Source: the human T2T-CHM13v2.0 reference genome, Homo sapiens. Taken from it: a stretch of DNA of 64,000 nt. The notes beneath the pieces were generated by a model. That model was not told the DNA's origin, searched no databases, and saw only the letters and a list, made by a program, of their open reading frames with translations. Shown here piece after piece: positions 1-12,744 of this stretch. Made by a program: the position numbers and the translations under genes. Every line of letters begins with the position of its first letter. The first letter of the stretch is position 1. The stretch lies in NCBI RefSeq assembly GCF_009914755.1, contig NC_060926.1. One strand, given 5' to 3'.

Positions 1-1080
1 CCCTGCTAGATCAGCTGGAACTCTGAGTCCACTTTCTCTTCAAGAGGGAAAGAATGAATGAAAGGGACAGATGAAGGAGGAAGGTGGAAGGAGGTGAAGC
101 ACAGAACTGGCCTCCCAAGTCCATCCACAATAGAGGGGCAGGGACGGTCAGCAGAAGGTGCTGGAGAGGGGTGAGCACCTCACCTGAGAGGAGGTGGCCT
201 GAGTATTGGGGCAGAACCCTGGAGCCCAGCAGCCCACGGCAGCCCAGAGGAAGAGCTGCATCTGCAGGTACCCGGGGACAGGCTTCCTTTCCTAGGGCCC
301 ACATTCCAGAGGGCAGCAGCAGGGCCAGCAGAGGGGACAGTTGCAGCTGTGGGGAAGATGCCCATGCAGGGACTGTAAACGAGTTGGGGCTCAGGATCCC
401 CTGGCTGGGGCTGGGCTGTGAGCTGAAGACTTAAACCAAGCCAGCCCCCTGGCCGCATATCCCACCCCTCCCCGTCCCAGAGAGGCAAGCGGGCGCAGCA
501 CTGGGAAGGAGGAGGCGGTTCTAGCTCACCCCTTTCCACAGGCCCCAAGGGCACAGCTGGGTCAGGGCTGAGGTGGAGAGGGGACAAGCATGGTATGTAG
601 CTTGTCTCAAAGGCACGCTTCCCCATGGGCAGGAAGAACTGCCGGGAGGGGCATCTCCCAAGCTACCTAGATATCCTGGCATCCGCCTTCCCAGCCAGGA
701 GCAGCACCTTATCCGGATGCATTTGCTCCCCAGCATCAGCCTCCCCGCAGCCACATGGGACGGTGGCACAGTCTTTGGAGCTGACGGACCTGGGTCAGAA
801 GCCTGACTTTGCCCCCTGACTAGCTGTGTGTCCCTGAAGAAGCTGCCCAGATTCTCTGAGCCTCAGTCTCCTCACAGGCAAAGCAGAGACTTTAACAACT
901 GCCTGAAAAGGTGCTGTGAGTGCAGATGAGATAATAGGGAGGAAAAACTTTTCCTGTGTCCTCTTATGTTCAGTGACTAGGGGCCTGCGAATTAAACTGA
1001 CAAAAGATAGATTCGCTAGAGAAAAAAGATGGATTTTTATTCTCATACCTATGAGGGAGTTTCACAGAAAAATGTGACTC

Positions 1081-1285
1081 AGTTCAAGGCTGCAGCGAGC
1101 TATGATCCACCGCACTACAGCCTGGGTGACAAAGTGAGAAACTGTCTCAAAAAAAAAAAAAAGAAAAAGAAGAAGAAGATAAAGGAAAAAGAAAAAAAAG
1201 AAAGAAATGTTAAAAATAAAAAATAAAAAAAAAGAAAAGAGAAAAAAGGAGAAAAGGATAAAACAAGTATAAATAAAAAGAAAAA
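1081..1285 (+). mobile_element. 5'-truncated Alu 3' end with a very long degenerate A-rich tail
   Basis: ggctgcagcgagctatgat...cagcctgggtgacaaagtgaga followed by ~135 nt of A/G-rich tail. Confidence 0.85.
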
Positions 1286-1288
1286 TGT

Positions 1289-1585
1289 GGCCAGGCGTGG
1301 TGGCTCACACCTGTAATCCCAGCACTTTGAGAGGCCGAGGTGGATAGATCACCTGAGGCCAGGCGTTCACAACCATCCTGGCCAATATGACGAAAGCCCA
1401 TCTCTACTAAAAATACAAAAATTAGCTGGACGCAGTGGCGGGTGCCTGTAATCCCAGCTACTTGGGAGGCTGAGGCAGGAGAATTGCTTGAGATGGAGGT
1501 TGCAGTGAGCCGAGATGGTGCCACTGCACTCCAGCCTGGGTGACAGAGTGAGACTCTGTCTCAAAAAAGAAAAGAAAAGAAAAAT
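1289..1585 (+). mobile_element. Alu (AluS-like)
   Basis: Full dimeric Alu with A tail. Confidence 0.95.
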
Positions 1586-2632
1586 GCAACTCAAGGAGGT
1601 GGTTATAATTTGGGACTTATATACCATGTTAATAGGGGAAGAGGGAAGAGAAGGACCATTTTACTTTTAGGAAAGATAAATGGCCCCTAGGAGAACAGAT
1701 GGCAGCTAGGACAGTTTTGCAACTATGTCTGTTCTGGTGATTTCTTATCTTGGTGCCAGTGCTGACTTCTTGAATTCTTGTATTTGGTGATAGGAGTCCA
1801 TCTCTCTGGTTTTGAAAGTTCCAGGGAAAGGATTTCTGGCAGCTGAATTCTTTTGGGAGCCTCTGCTTTTAGGCAGATTAAGGGGAATAAAAAAATAAAA
1901 AAATAAAAAAATAAACCAGAAAACCCTCTTCAGTGTGGTACATCCTGGATCCCTTCAGACAAGGCACGGGCAATACCTGGCTGGGGGAGCCCCTCACAGG
2001 CCTCCTCCTGCCGGCCCACACCACATCCCTGTGCCCATGTTTGTCCTCTTCCCAATCCCTACTGCCCCATCCGAACTCACTGTCCTCTGTCCCCATTCTC
2101 TCTGTGCTAAGGTGACACGTCACCATATAGCAGCTTGCCCCCTGCCGGCACAGGCTCCCTTCACCGCTGCTTTCAGGTCCCAGTCCCTCGTTTGCCCAGC
2201 ACCTCTTGCTATCTCTTACTCATTCAACAAACACTCCTAGCAGGCTTCTCCCTGCCAGGCCCTGGGCTGGATTCCAGAGTGGCAGCGATCAGGCAGACCA
2301 AACTCTGTCTCTAGGAGCTCCTCCCAGTGGGAGAGGCGGACAGAAAGATGGACAGTTACAGCCTAGGCACAGGAGCCCATGGGAGCTCAGAGGAAGAGCC
2401 CAGAGGAAGAGTAAGGCCCAGCAAGTTCTGTGAGCTGTTGGTGCCAGGAAAGAGCTGGGCCTGCCCCTGATACTCAAAAAGCATATGTGAACAAAGGGAA
2501 TGGAGGGAGAGGAGGAGAAAGAAGGGATGACAGGAGGAAGGGAGGGAAGTTGGTCGATTTTCCTCATCCACCTTTCTCCTCTCTGGACTAGTGTTTGGGG
2601 CCAGCTCCTCCCCCACTCCAATGTCAACCTCT

Positions 2633-2751
2633 GGGCTTATCAGATATTTCAATAGCTGCTCTGGCCTGATAAGCCCTCTCCAGATAACCCCTTTCTCTTG
2701 TAATTGAGTTTAAATATTGTTCCACCCAATCAAGGCAGGTTAATATTCAAC
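2633..2751. promoter_or_regulatory. Candidate downstream enhancer (GATA cluster plus HNF1-like site)
   Basis: cttatc, ctgataag and cagataac within 55 bp; ggttaatattcaac at 2738-2751; apparently non-repetitive DNA. Confidence 0.35.
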
Positions 2752-3699
2752 CCAACCTAGCTCTGGAAGCCTCCTGGCCACCAGATTCTTCCCTGGGCGA
2801 GGCAACCTGGGGCTGAGCAGGGCTGGAGCAAGCAGGGCGTGCAGTCTTCCCCCAAAGCATGTTTATCAGAGGGTTTGGGAATGGGGGGCGGGAGGGGACT
2901 GTCTAGACCTGGGTCCGCCCCTGGTGGGTCCAAGGAACAGTGTCCAAGCCAAGCCTAAGGGCCTGCGCTTCCTGGCTGGAGGACCAGGGGAAAGCCAGCT
3001 TTGTTCCAGCAGAGGCTCAGCTGGGAGAACCTGCCCAGACACCCTTCCCTTGAGGATTCTGCTTTGCACCTTAGAGTGTCCTCAGGCTGCCAGGATCCTC
3101 CAGAGCCATATGGCTGATTTCCTCCTCTCACCCACAGGAGTGATTCCCTCAGGCTCCTCAGGGTTTGGTCCTCGTGAGTCAGCCTCCCAGGGCCTATCCT
3201 GTCTGACACACTCCAGGTGGAATCTTCAGCCTACCCGGTAGAGGCCCAAACAGTGCATGCACCTGCTTCCCACTGGTGACTTTCACGGGTCTTCCATGTG
3301 GACAGCCCCAGTCAGCGATGTGGGAGCCGCCACAGCCCAGGACTTCCAGAAGCAGAAGCGCTGAGTGTGGCTACTCACCTGACCCAGGGCAGAGAGTGGG
3401 GTCGAGAGCCAGTGGCATCCACACCTGTACCCGGGAGGCCCCTCTGGTTCCGTGTGTGTGTGTGTGTCTGTGTGCATGTGTGTGTGTGTGTCTGTTGGGG
3501 GGTGGGAGGGTCATCAACAGGTTTCACTACTCAAATCATCTTCCCCTACAGGGAGGCGCAGAGGATCCCATAGCTACCAGCCAGCTGTCAGGCTCTGGGT
3601 CACCTTTGTGTCATTGGACCCTAACATTCTCTAGTCCCCCTCTGTCCCACCCCACCCGAGTGAGTCACTATCCCTCTTGGAGGTTCCTCCCCAGAAAGA

Positions 3700-4275
3700 G
3701 AGGGCAGGTGCCTCCAGGCCAGCAGCAACAGCCCCCGGGGGAACCTGTTAGGAATGCACATTCTCAGACCCGCACCCCACCACTGAATGGGAGACTGCGG
3801 GCGGGGAACCCCCGCAGTGCAGTGCAGGTGGCTTTCCGGCCCTCCTGAAGATTCCGATGCACTGGGACACCACCCAGCCACTACAAGCCATGAATAAAAG
3901 CCTCCTGCCTCTCACCGCTTTAATATGTGCCGGGGCCATTCCAAGCTCTTGAAGTAAATTCAGCTCATTTACTCGTTATAATCGTCCTGCGAGGCAGGCA
4001 CGAGTATTAGTCCTCGTGGACTAATTTTACGGATGAGGCAAGCAAAACAGAAAAGTTAGGCGACCTTGGGCAAGGTCACACAGCCGGAGGCTGAATGAGA
4101 AGCTAGGCAGTTCTCCGCTACATCAGGGGCTCCCGAAGTGTGGTCCCTGGACAAACGGTGTTAGCATCACCTGGGGACTTCTTAGAAATACAAATTCCCA
4201 GGCCCCCGATCAGACCCACCGAGCCGAGGGCCCAGCCATCTTTAGAACAAGCCCTCCAGTTTCAGAACCACAGTG
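3700..4275. mobile_element. Two MER5A-like hAT fragments flanking a MIR
   Basis: agcatcacctgggg..ttagaaatacaaattc and aacaagccctccag (MER5A); gggcaaggtcacacagc (MIR). Confidence 0.6.
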
Positions 4276-4729
4276 CTGCACCCCGCTGCCTGAAGAGACA
4301 TCCTGGGAAATAGCCGGAAAGCCTCACGCCCGCATCATGGCTGGGGGGGAGGGGGGTGGTTTGCTGGAAATAGACCACGTTGCAGGGCGGCTGCCGGCTC
4401 CTGCCCACCGGGAGGCCGAGGACAGCGACCCGAGCCGCACCTGCGCTGGGGCCTGCCGAGCTCTCGCAGTTTGAATGGAAAGGAAGAAGCCTTTGCTGTG
4501 GGCCCATGCTGCTCTGGGCCTCGGCTGCTGCGAGGTGCTGCCGAGTTCACACCATCCCACTCTTGTGTCCTAGCTCACCTCTAGTTTCTCTGTTGGGGCA
4601 GAGGCTGTGCAGGCGGATGGGGCAGCCAGCAGCCATACCAGAAGGAAAGACGGTGGTACAGGGGAACTCTTGGGCCCTGAGCTTGCCAGGCTCCCTAGTT
4701 CCACTCTGAGCTCTTGAACCCAATCCCGT

Positions 4730-5059
4730 TGCTATTGACTGAATGCTTGTGTTCCCTCCCCCGCTTCCGATGTTGAAGCCTAACCTCCAAGGTGATGGTA
4801 CATGCAGGTGGGGCCTTTGGGAGGTATGAGGCCATGAGGGTGGAGCCCGCATGAATGGGGTTAATGCCCTTGTAAAAGAGGCCCTAGGGAGCTTGTTTGC
4901 CCCTTCCTAGGAGGCAGGCCCTCTCCAGCCTCTGGATCTGCCAGCGCCTTGACCTTGGACACCTCACCTTCAGAACGGACAGAAATACCTTTCTGTTGTT
5001 TATAAGCCACCTAGTTTACTTATGGCATTCTGTTACAGCAGCTCGCATGGGCTAAGACA
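4730..5059 (+). mobile_element. MLT1A-like ERVL-MaLR solo LTR
   Basis: ggtggggcctttgggaggt...tttataagccacctagttt...gctaagaca termini. Confidence 0.8.
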
Positions 5060-6443
5060 GCCATCACGTACCCTCTCAGCCTAAGGACCTGCCACGCTGT
5101 TTCCCACTGCACTTAGAACACAGACCGGACCCTCCTGCTCCCATATGGTCTGCAACGCCCTGTGTCAGGAGAGTCAAAGCATAGGGCACAGCCCACCAGC
5201 AGGCCAGAAGGTCAGCTCCACAGGTCAAGATCTGCATTCCTCAAGAAAAAATGACATGGACTAGTCCAAGTATTGTTTTGTGAAACTCATTAATATGCGC
5301 GTGTGTACTGGGAACACTGAAAACTCTGAGGATCATTCCGTTATCTGGCCCGATCCCCTCCTCCTCTGACCTCCCCTGGCATCATCCTCCTTCAGCAACA
5401 ATGCCCTTCTTCAGGATCCTGGAACACCCAGCCGTTTCCCAGCTCAGAGGCCCTGCCAGTGCTGTTCCACATTTCCCCAGGAGCCTCGTCCTGTGCCCGG
5501 CCTTTTGCTCCCTGTCTCGTGTACATGGTCTCATTTCAGCCCCACAAACTTGCAAGGCAGGTGGTATTTCTATTTCACAGATGAGAATAGGAATCGGGGA
5601 GGTTAAGTAGCCTGCTCAAAATCATACGGACCCAGGATTCCAACCCAAGGCCTTGAAGGCCCTCCCACTGTGCACACCCTCTGCTCCTCTCACAGGGACG
5701 TGCAGGCAACTTGAGAGGAGAGGGGGGCTTTACCAGTGCGGGGTGGGAGGAGCGCCATCCGTGGGGCTTGGAAGTCTGGGGAGATCACGGGCAGCAGGCA
5801 TGGCGGAGCCACAGCTCTGGGCGCCATGGGCACACATGATCAGAATGGACGCTGGAGACAGAAGAGCTTGGGAAAGTTGTGGTCAGGGTAGGAAGGTTTC
5901 AGAGCAGGGTAGGGGGCTGGTAGGGAGGCCTGTGGGTGGCTCATGGGCTACAGCCCTGGTCCTGGTAAGAGATAAGAGACTGGGGTGGCAGCGCTGCAAA
6001 CGTGCTGACCAGCATTCAGCCAGCCCACCCACTGATCAAACTTCAAACACCTGAAGCCTCCAGTTACAATGGCTATTATTAAAAAACAAAGACAAAAAAA
6101 AAAAAACCCAGGAAAATAATAGGTGTTGGCAAGGAGTAATTGGAACCGTTGTGCACTGTTGGAGGGAATGTAAAATGGTGCAGCCCCTGTGGAAAATAGG
6201 ATGGTAGTTCCTCAAAAAATTAAACATGGAATTGACCCAGCAATCCCACTTTTGAGCATTACCCAAAAGAACTGAAAGCAGGGACATGAAGAGCTGTTTG
6301 GTCACACCTATGTGCATAGCAGCATCATTCACAATAGCTAAACATGGAAGCAACCAAAATGTCCACTGAAGGATGAGTGGATAAACAAAATGTGGGCTAT
6401 CCATACAACAGTATTATTCATCCTTAAAAAGGAAGGAGAGTCT

Positions 6444-6824
<381 letters not shown>

Positions 6825-6949
6825 CTACAATATGGATGAACCTTGAGGACACCCCGGTCACAGGCCAAATACTATATGATTCCACTTTTATGATGTCCCT
6901 CATAGAGTCAGAAATGAGAAAAGCCGTTGCTAGGGGCTGGGACTAGGGT

Positions 6950-7336
6950 TGATACGGTTTGGACGTGTCCCTTCCAAATCTCAAGTTGAAATGTGACCTC
7001 CAACGTAGTAGGTGGGCCTCATAGGAGGTGTTTGGGTCACGGGGGCAAATCCCTCATGAATGGCTTAATGCTGTCCTCATAATGAGTGAGTCCTCTCTGA
7101 GTTCACACGAGATCTGATTAAAAGAGCCTAGCGCCTTCTCCCTCTTTCTTGTTCCCTCTCTCACCCTGTGACATGCTGGCTCTCTCCTTCACCTTCCGCC
7201 ACGACTGTAAGCTTCCTGAGGCCCTTACCAGAAGCAGATGCTGAGGCCATGTACAGCCTGCAGAAGCATGAGCCAAATCTCTTTATAAATTACCCAGTAT
7301 CAGGTATTCCTTGTAGCAATGCAAATGGACTAACAC
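6950..7336 (+). mobile_element. MST (ERVL-MaLR) solo LTR
   Basis: tgatacggtttgg...aaatctc...ctttataaattacccagt...ggactaacac. Confidence 0.85.
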
Positions 7337-7402
7337 TGGGGGACGGGAAGTTAGTGTTTAATGGGTAAAAAGGTTCGGTTTTGCAAGATGAAAAGAATTC
7401 TG

Positions 7403-7707
7403 GGCTGGGCGTGGTGGCTCACACCTGTAATCTCAGCATTTATAGGCATCAGCCACTGTGCTTGAGGTGGGCAGATTGCTTGAGGCCAAGAGTTCAATAT
7501 CAGCCTGGGCAACATGGTGAAACCCCGTCTCTACAAAATACAAACAAATTAGCTGGGCATGGTGGCACGCGCCTGTAGTCCCAGCTACTTGGGAGGTTGA
7601 GTTAGGAGAATCACCTGAGCCTGGGGAGGTCGAGGCTGCAGTGAGCAGTGATCATGCGACTGCACTCCAGCCTGGGTGACAGAGCAAGACCCTGTCTCAA
7701 CAAAAAA
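7403..7707 (+). mobile_element. AluJ-like
   Basis: Alu consensus; TSD aagaattctg. Confidence 0.93.
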
Positions 7708-7896
7708 TTAAGAATTCTGGAGAGGGATGGTGTGATGGTTGCACAACAATGTGAGTGTACTTAATACCGCTGACATGTACAATTCAAATAGTGAAGACGG
7801 TAAATTTTATGTTTTGTATATTTTACCAGAATCTAACAAACAAAAAAGCAAAACAACTCAAGGCCTGAGCCACAGAGGTTTCTTACAAATGTGAGT

Positions 7897-7902
7897 TTTA
7901 TT
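7897..7902 (-). terminator. Distal polyadenylation signal AATAAA
   Basis: tttatt on +; downstream GU/U-rich tract (+ strand aacaaacaaaaaagcaaaacaac, ~7835-7857); UGUA motifs upstream. Confidence 0.8.
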
Positions 7903-7980
7903 TGCATTCTAACCCAAGCACAGATCCCACATACAGACTTCTCGTCCGCACTATGGTACAGTAACAAGTGCAAAATATGC

Positions 7981-7986
7981 TTTATT
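7981..7986 (-). terminator. Second, tandem polyadenylation signal AATAAA
   Basis: tttatt on +, 84 nt upstream of the distal signal, with a UGUA just upstream. Confidence 0.55.
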
Positions 7987-10924
7987 TCAGGTACAAAAAC
8001 ATGGCAGTAGGACAACTTTGAGCTCAACGCCCACCTCCCCAGGACCTCTCACACCCACCTGACCCATCCAAGGGCCACACCACCCCGACAGATACTCCCA
8101 CCACCTTTAGAAAAGAGTCACCCAATCTGGAGAAAGGTGTGGAGGTTACATCTTTAGAAAGAAATCATTTTAAATACATGAACATTAGAGAACACAGTAA
8201 CCGTGCTTCCACCCAGCACGGGGAGGCTGCAGAGAGGCACCCCAAACAGTCCCCTTCTCTTCTGTGGTTAACCAAGCAAGCCCCGCAAAGCTTTTCCCAG
8301 CAGAGCACACCCAGCCAGCAATGAGGCCTCAGGACAGAGCCAGCACTGTGACAAAAGAACTTGTCCCACCTATCTGAGAGCATGAGATCTGCAAGTGGGA
8401 TCCGGACTGGACACCAGGAAGCTCAACCTGGCTCGGGCCATCAGTAGCTGTGGGACCCTGGCCCCCATCTAACCTCCCAGTTGACTTCCTGAAAACTGGG
8501 CTAGTGGGGGCCTCCCCATTGCTTTAGGGAGGATCGAGTGAGAAGCTGACCAAATGCGCAGAACACAAAGCCTAGCCTGTTAGCCCCAGCTGCTATCACT
8601 ACTGTTACTCACGAAGAAAGGAACTGCAGTGGCTGCTGTCTGCCCCTGGAGTGAAGACACCAGGGGTGCACAGAGGCTGGACAAGCCACAGGGGGCTGGA
8701 TGGCCACAGCCGGACCTCGGACCCATCTCCCGTGGGACTCCTTCCATTTGAGGCTGTCCATCCTCCAATGGCAGATGCAGAATTCTCAGGCCCAGGATAC
8801 CCTTATGGAGGGCCGGGGGGCGGCCCCTCAAAACCACCAAGCTGAGGCCACTGTGAGCAGTCCCCTTTGTAGCAGGAAGAGCAGCTGGACACATGGGAAG
8901 AGGCTTGCAGGCTCCAGAGAAGCCAAAAGGTCCTCAGTCCCCAAGGTACTAGGTGGAGGTGAGATCAGGCTGCCCCTCCCAGGACAAGAGTGTGAGCTGG
9001 CCAGGAGGCCACTGCTGCCCACCACTGCTCAAAGTCCTTCTCCACGCATCAACCCTGAGGGACCTGGCCAGGGGATGCAGACCAAAGGCCCAGCGGGTCC
9101 CCAGGAACAGGAAGCAGGCGGCAAGAAGGAAAGCAAAGGGCTCTGCATTCCCACCACGAGGCGGGGTGGACTCTGCAGGAGCCAGCTGAAGCACCAGAAC
9201 CTTCCAAGGGGGGCTCGCCAGCCACACAGGACACGAGATGCGTGATAGGCAGGGTTAATGCAGAAACCGCTCATCTGAATGCTTCCCCTGCTTCCAAGCG
9301 CAAACCAAGTCATTTTATTCTTTTAAAAAAGCCCTTACTGTCTGAGGCTTTCTTTAAATAATCCAACAGGGATGGAGGTAATGGAGGTCTGGCTCAGTAG
9401 TCAGCAGACTTTTTCTGTAACGGGCTAGACGGTAAATATTTTGGGCTTTCAGAGCCAAGAGGCAAAATCAATATTATGTTGGCGTAAGAGCAAACAAATT
9501 TCCACAATTTTTAAATTGATAAAATCCAAAATACAATAATTGAGTACATATTTTTGGTAAATACATGTCTACTAAAAATAAGAATTTTTTTTTTTGTGAT
9601 GGGGGAGAAAACACTTCATTGGGTTCAAAGATAATATTCCCTATCATAAATCAGTGGCATAAACAGCCAGTGGGCCAGGTGGGCCCACCGTATGCTAGCT
9701 GACAAGGGCAGTCACACACCGGTAAGTGCTGATACAGGATGAGGGGTGCGGAGCTGAGGATGTTGTTCTCTTTGATGAAGGCCTGAAAACTTCCCCTGGC
9801 CCCTGCTGCCCACCTCAGGGCTCCTCAGGACGAAGGGCATGAGGACAGGTTCCCACTCTGGCCCTTCGCTGGGGGACATGGTTTGGTTTCCCCATCGCCA
9901 GGCTGGCCAGCTGGGGCCCAAGCACTGACCGTCCTTCCCCACCTTATCCCATCAGCTGCCCTGCACAGGAGCAGAAAACCCATGCCTCAGAGCTACTTCC
10001 TAAGGACACTGCCTCTAGAAGGCCCTAAAGTGGCAGAGCCGGGGATGGCAGGTGCAGCCCTGGCCACTAGCACAGCAGTTGCCCTCAGATCTGTTAGCTG
10101 TGACCCATAGATTGGGGGAGGGAGGAAAGCCAGGAGGAGCTTTTGCAGAAAGGTCTGGAAGCTAAGTGGGGGTTTCAGGAGCTCTCAGGGTGCCCCTGGG
10201 CAGGTCCCAAGGAGGCCTGGGGTGCCTGACCAGCACCTCACTGGCCCTCAAGCCCTGTCCCTAAGGGGCGATGGGAAGGAGGTGGCAATCAGAAGAGGGT
10301 ACAAACATTTCCTACCTGCAACCCTGGACCGGTAAGATGACACAGAGCATGCAACCCGAGCGGAAGTGCCTGTGTGAAGCCAGTCATGTGGGAGACCCGC
10401 TCTAGAGACCTTGCCCTGCTCTGGGGGCCTCGCCCAGTGCCACTTACACTGTCTAGAAAAGCTAAGGCCACCAGCTTCATCCACTCTCCAGGAGGTCACA
10501 CAAGATCAAAAGAGGATCATCGAGCTACCGAGGGAGCCTGTTTTCCCCAAATGCGAAGGGAACAGCAGTCATCTCCACACCTTGCCAAGCTGAGGCTGCT
10601 TCTGGCTGTGCTCATGGCAAATTCATGGGCAAGGGAAGGAACCCAGGTACACATGTAAACACGCACATGTGCACCAATGACACAGACTGTGCCTGCACTG
10701 TGTCTGGCCCCTGGCTGGCAAGGAATATCTGGGAGCCCCCATAAGTTTGCGGAGGAAGTAGTCAGCCCAGTTAGGAGCTAGGGCTGATTCCCAAAGACAC
10801 GATGGACACAATCTGACCCATGTCAAGAAGCATGCCGCCTTGCACTGCAGGAGCACTGGTGGCACTGTGTACAACCAGGATGGGCACACGTAAAGGTCTC
10901 CTGCCTGTTGTGCAATTTTCAAAG

Positions 10925-11062
10925 ATTTTTTATTTTCAAAAAGACAGAGATGGAGTCTCACTACGATGCCCAGGCTGGTCTCGAACTCTTGGCGTCAAGT
11001 GATTCTCCCACCTCGGCCTCCCAAAATGCTAGGATTAGAGGCATGGGCCACCACGTCCAGCT
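10925..11062 (-). mobile_element. Alu monomer (FLAM-like) in the 3' UTR
   Basis: cccaggctggtctcgaactc...cctcggcctcccaaaatgctaggatta. Confidence 0.88.
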
Positions 11063-12744
11063 TTTTGTACGATTTTGATGGAGGGAAAAATGGGAAAACC
11101 CCTCAGATTCATTTCATGGCAGGTTGGTGCCATCTTCAGAGATCACCAAGCCTATATTTGTAAGAGGAGGAGATAGAGACCCAGAGAGGCAAAGAGACTC
11201 ATACTGAGCGAGGGTCTGGGATCTAGGACCCTGACTCTGGGTTCTCTGTTCCTCTTCCTACACCCCAGGCAGTGTCAACATCTAATCCCCCACCCCCGCC
11301 CAATCATCCACTGCTTTCTCACCCCCTCTGAGCGCCTAGGGACTTTCTCCCTCTGCTCCACTGACAACAGCCTAAGAGGCTTTTCCGTTTATTTCATCGA
11401 CTTGTTAATGATTTTCAGATCTTCAGTTACTCAGGCCAGCCCCTGAAGCAATGCTGGACTTGGAAACTTGTGACCCTGGCTGGCTCCAGTCCACTGCTGG
11501 TAAAGCCTTCCCTAGGTTAATAGCTCTGTGTAAGGGGCTCTGGGCTGTCTGGGCAAGAGGTCACTAGGGCAACACCTGACCTTTGTTTAGGACCCCAAGT
11601 CAAAGCCTCGACCTCCCCACCCCATCCTGTCCTTTCCACAGGCATACCATGCCCCTCCTCCAGCAAACCTATTATTCCTCCATTCAACAGCCTCTGTCCC
11701 TTCATCCAGAAAGGACAACCTGGTAAACAGGAAAGGGTTTATCTCAACCTTGCAGATACCCCGCAAAAACCGTGACGACCTAAGAGTAAGGAACTCAGCT
11801 TTGGGCTTCCAGTTCAAGATGGTGGCCTGAGCACATGTGTCTGTCTTATTTCCCTCTGGGGTTCACTGTAAAAAGAAGCTACAGTTCAGAAGCCACAGGT
11901 TGGTGGGAATGCCCTGGGAAGAGCTGTCCTGCTCAATAGGCCAGCACCTCCGGACTCACAGGAAAGACCCTGGACAGCTGTGGGAAGGGCTATGGCTTTT
12001 CTGTATGTCAATCAAATGAAAAATAAAACCTGGAGCTTTAGCTCATCTGACCCCTGTGGAAGGGATGAGCTGCTAAATTAGGCAGCTGAGATATTTTGGT
12101 ACCAAATTACCATGTGTACTTTTTTTTGGTATTTATTATTTTCTATTCTTTCATAAGCTATAAGCTTTAACTACAACCACGAGAAGGTAAGAAGAGCAGA
12201 TGCCAGGGGCATGCCAGAAAAATGGAAGACTCTACTAATAGCACACTTAAGGTAACAGACTTTTATTACATCTTCTTTTGGAACTTAGAAGACAATATTA
12301 GCCTCCTACACTTTTGAGAATTAAAATTTAGCCCACCATCATTTGGCCTTGGTAGTGACATCACTTGGGTACAGTGATGACAGACAGCCTAAGGGGCTGG
12401 ACCTCAGAAGACTAAAGGTCTAGTCCTGGTCCTTCCACTAATGGGCTATGGTGACCCTGAGCACATTATTCCACTTCTAGGTGATTCAGTTTCCTCATGA
12501 CTCATAACAGGAAATCATTGGTCTCAACCTTCCTCCAAGGACTAGTGTGTGGAGCTAGAACATGCACCAAGGAAGACTGGGGAACATCAGAGAGAGATAG
12601 GACTCAGTACCGTTGACTCAGGTAAAGAGGGAGACAGCAAGAACAGAGTAGAAAGGCAGCATAAAACTGGTGGAACCAAACACAGACTAAGTAAAAAAAA
12701 AAAAAGGTAAGCTTCCCAACGACACCATGTCCCAGGAAAGAAGA

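Larger units (their letters stand above)
930..1975. mobile_element. Old LTR fragment (ERV1/MER34-39-like) interrupted by Alus
   Basis: Resembles MER34/39-type LTR sequence (aaactgacaaaagatagatt..., gggacttatatacc); family by eye only. Confidence 0.45.

Noticed and set aside
2870-2897. G-quadruplex-type G-run cluster (also ~26695 and ~46665)
   Set aside because: Common in GC-rich human DNA; nothing specific links it to a function here.
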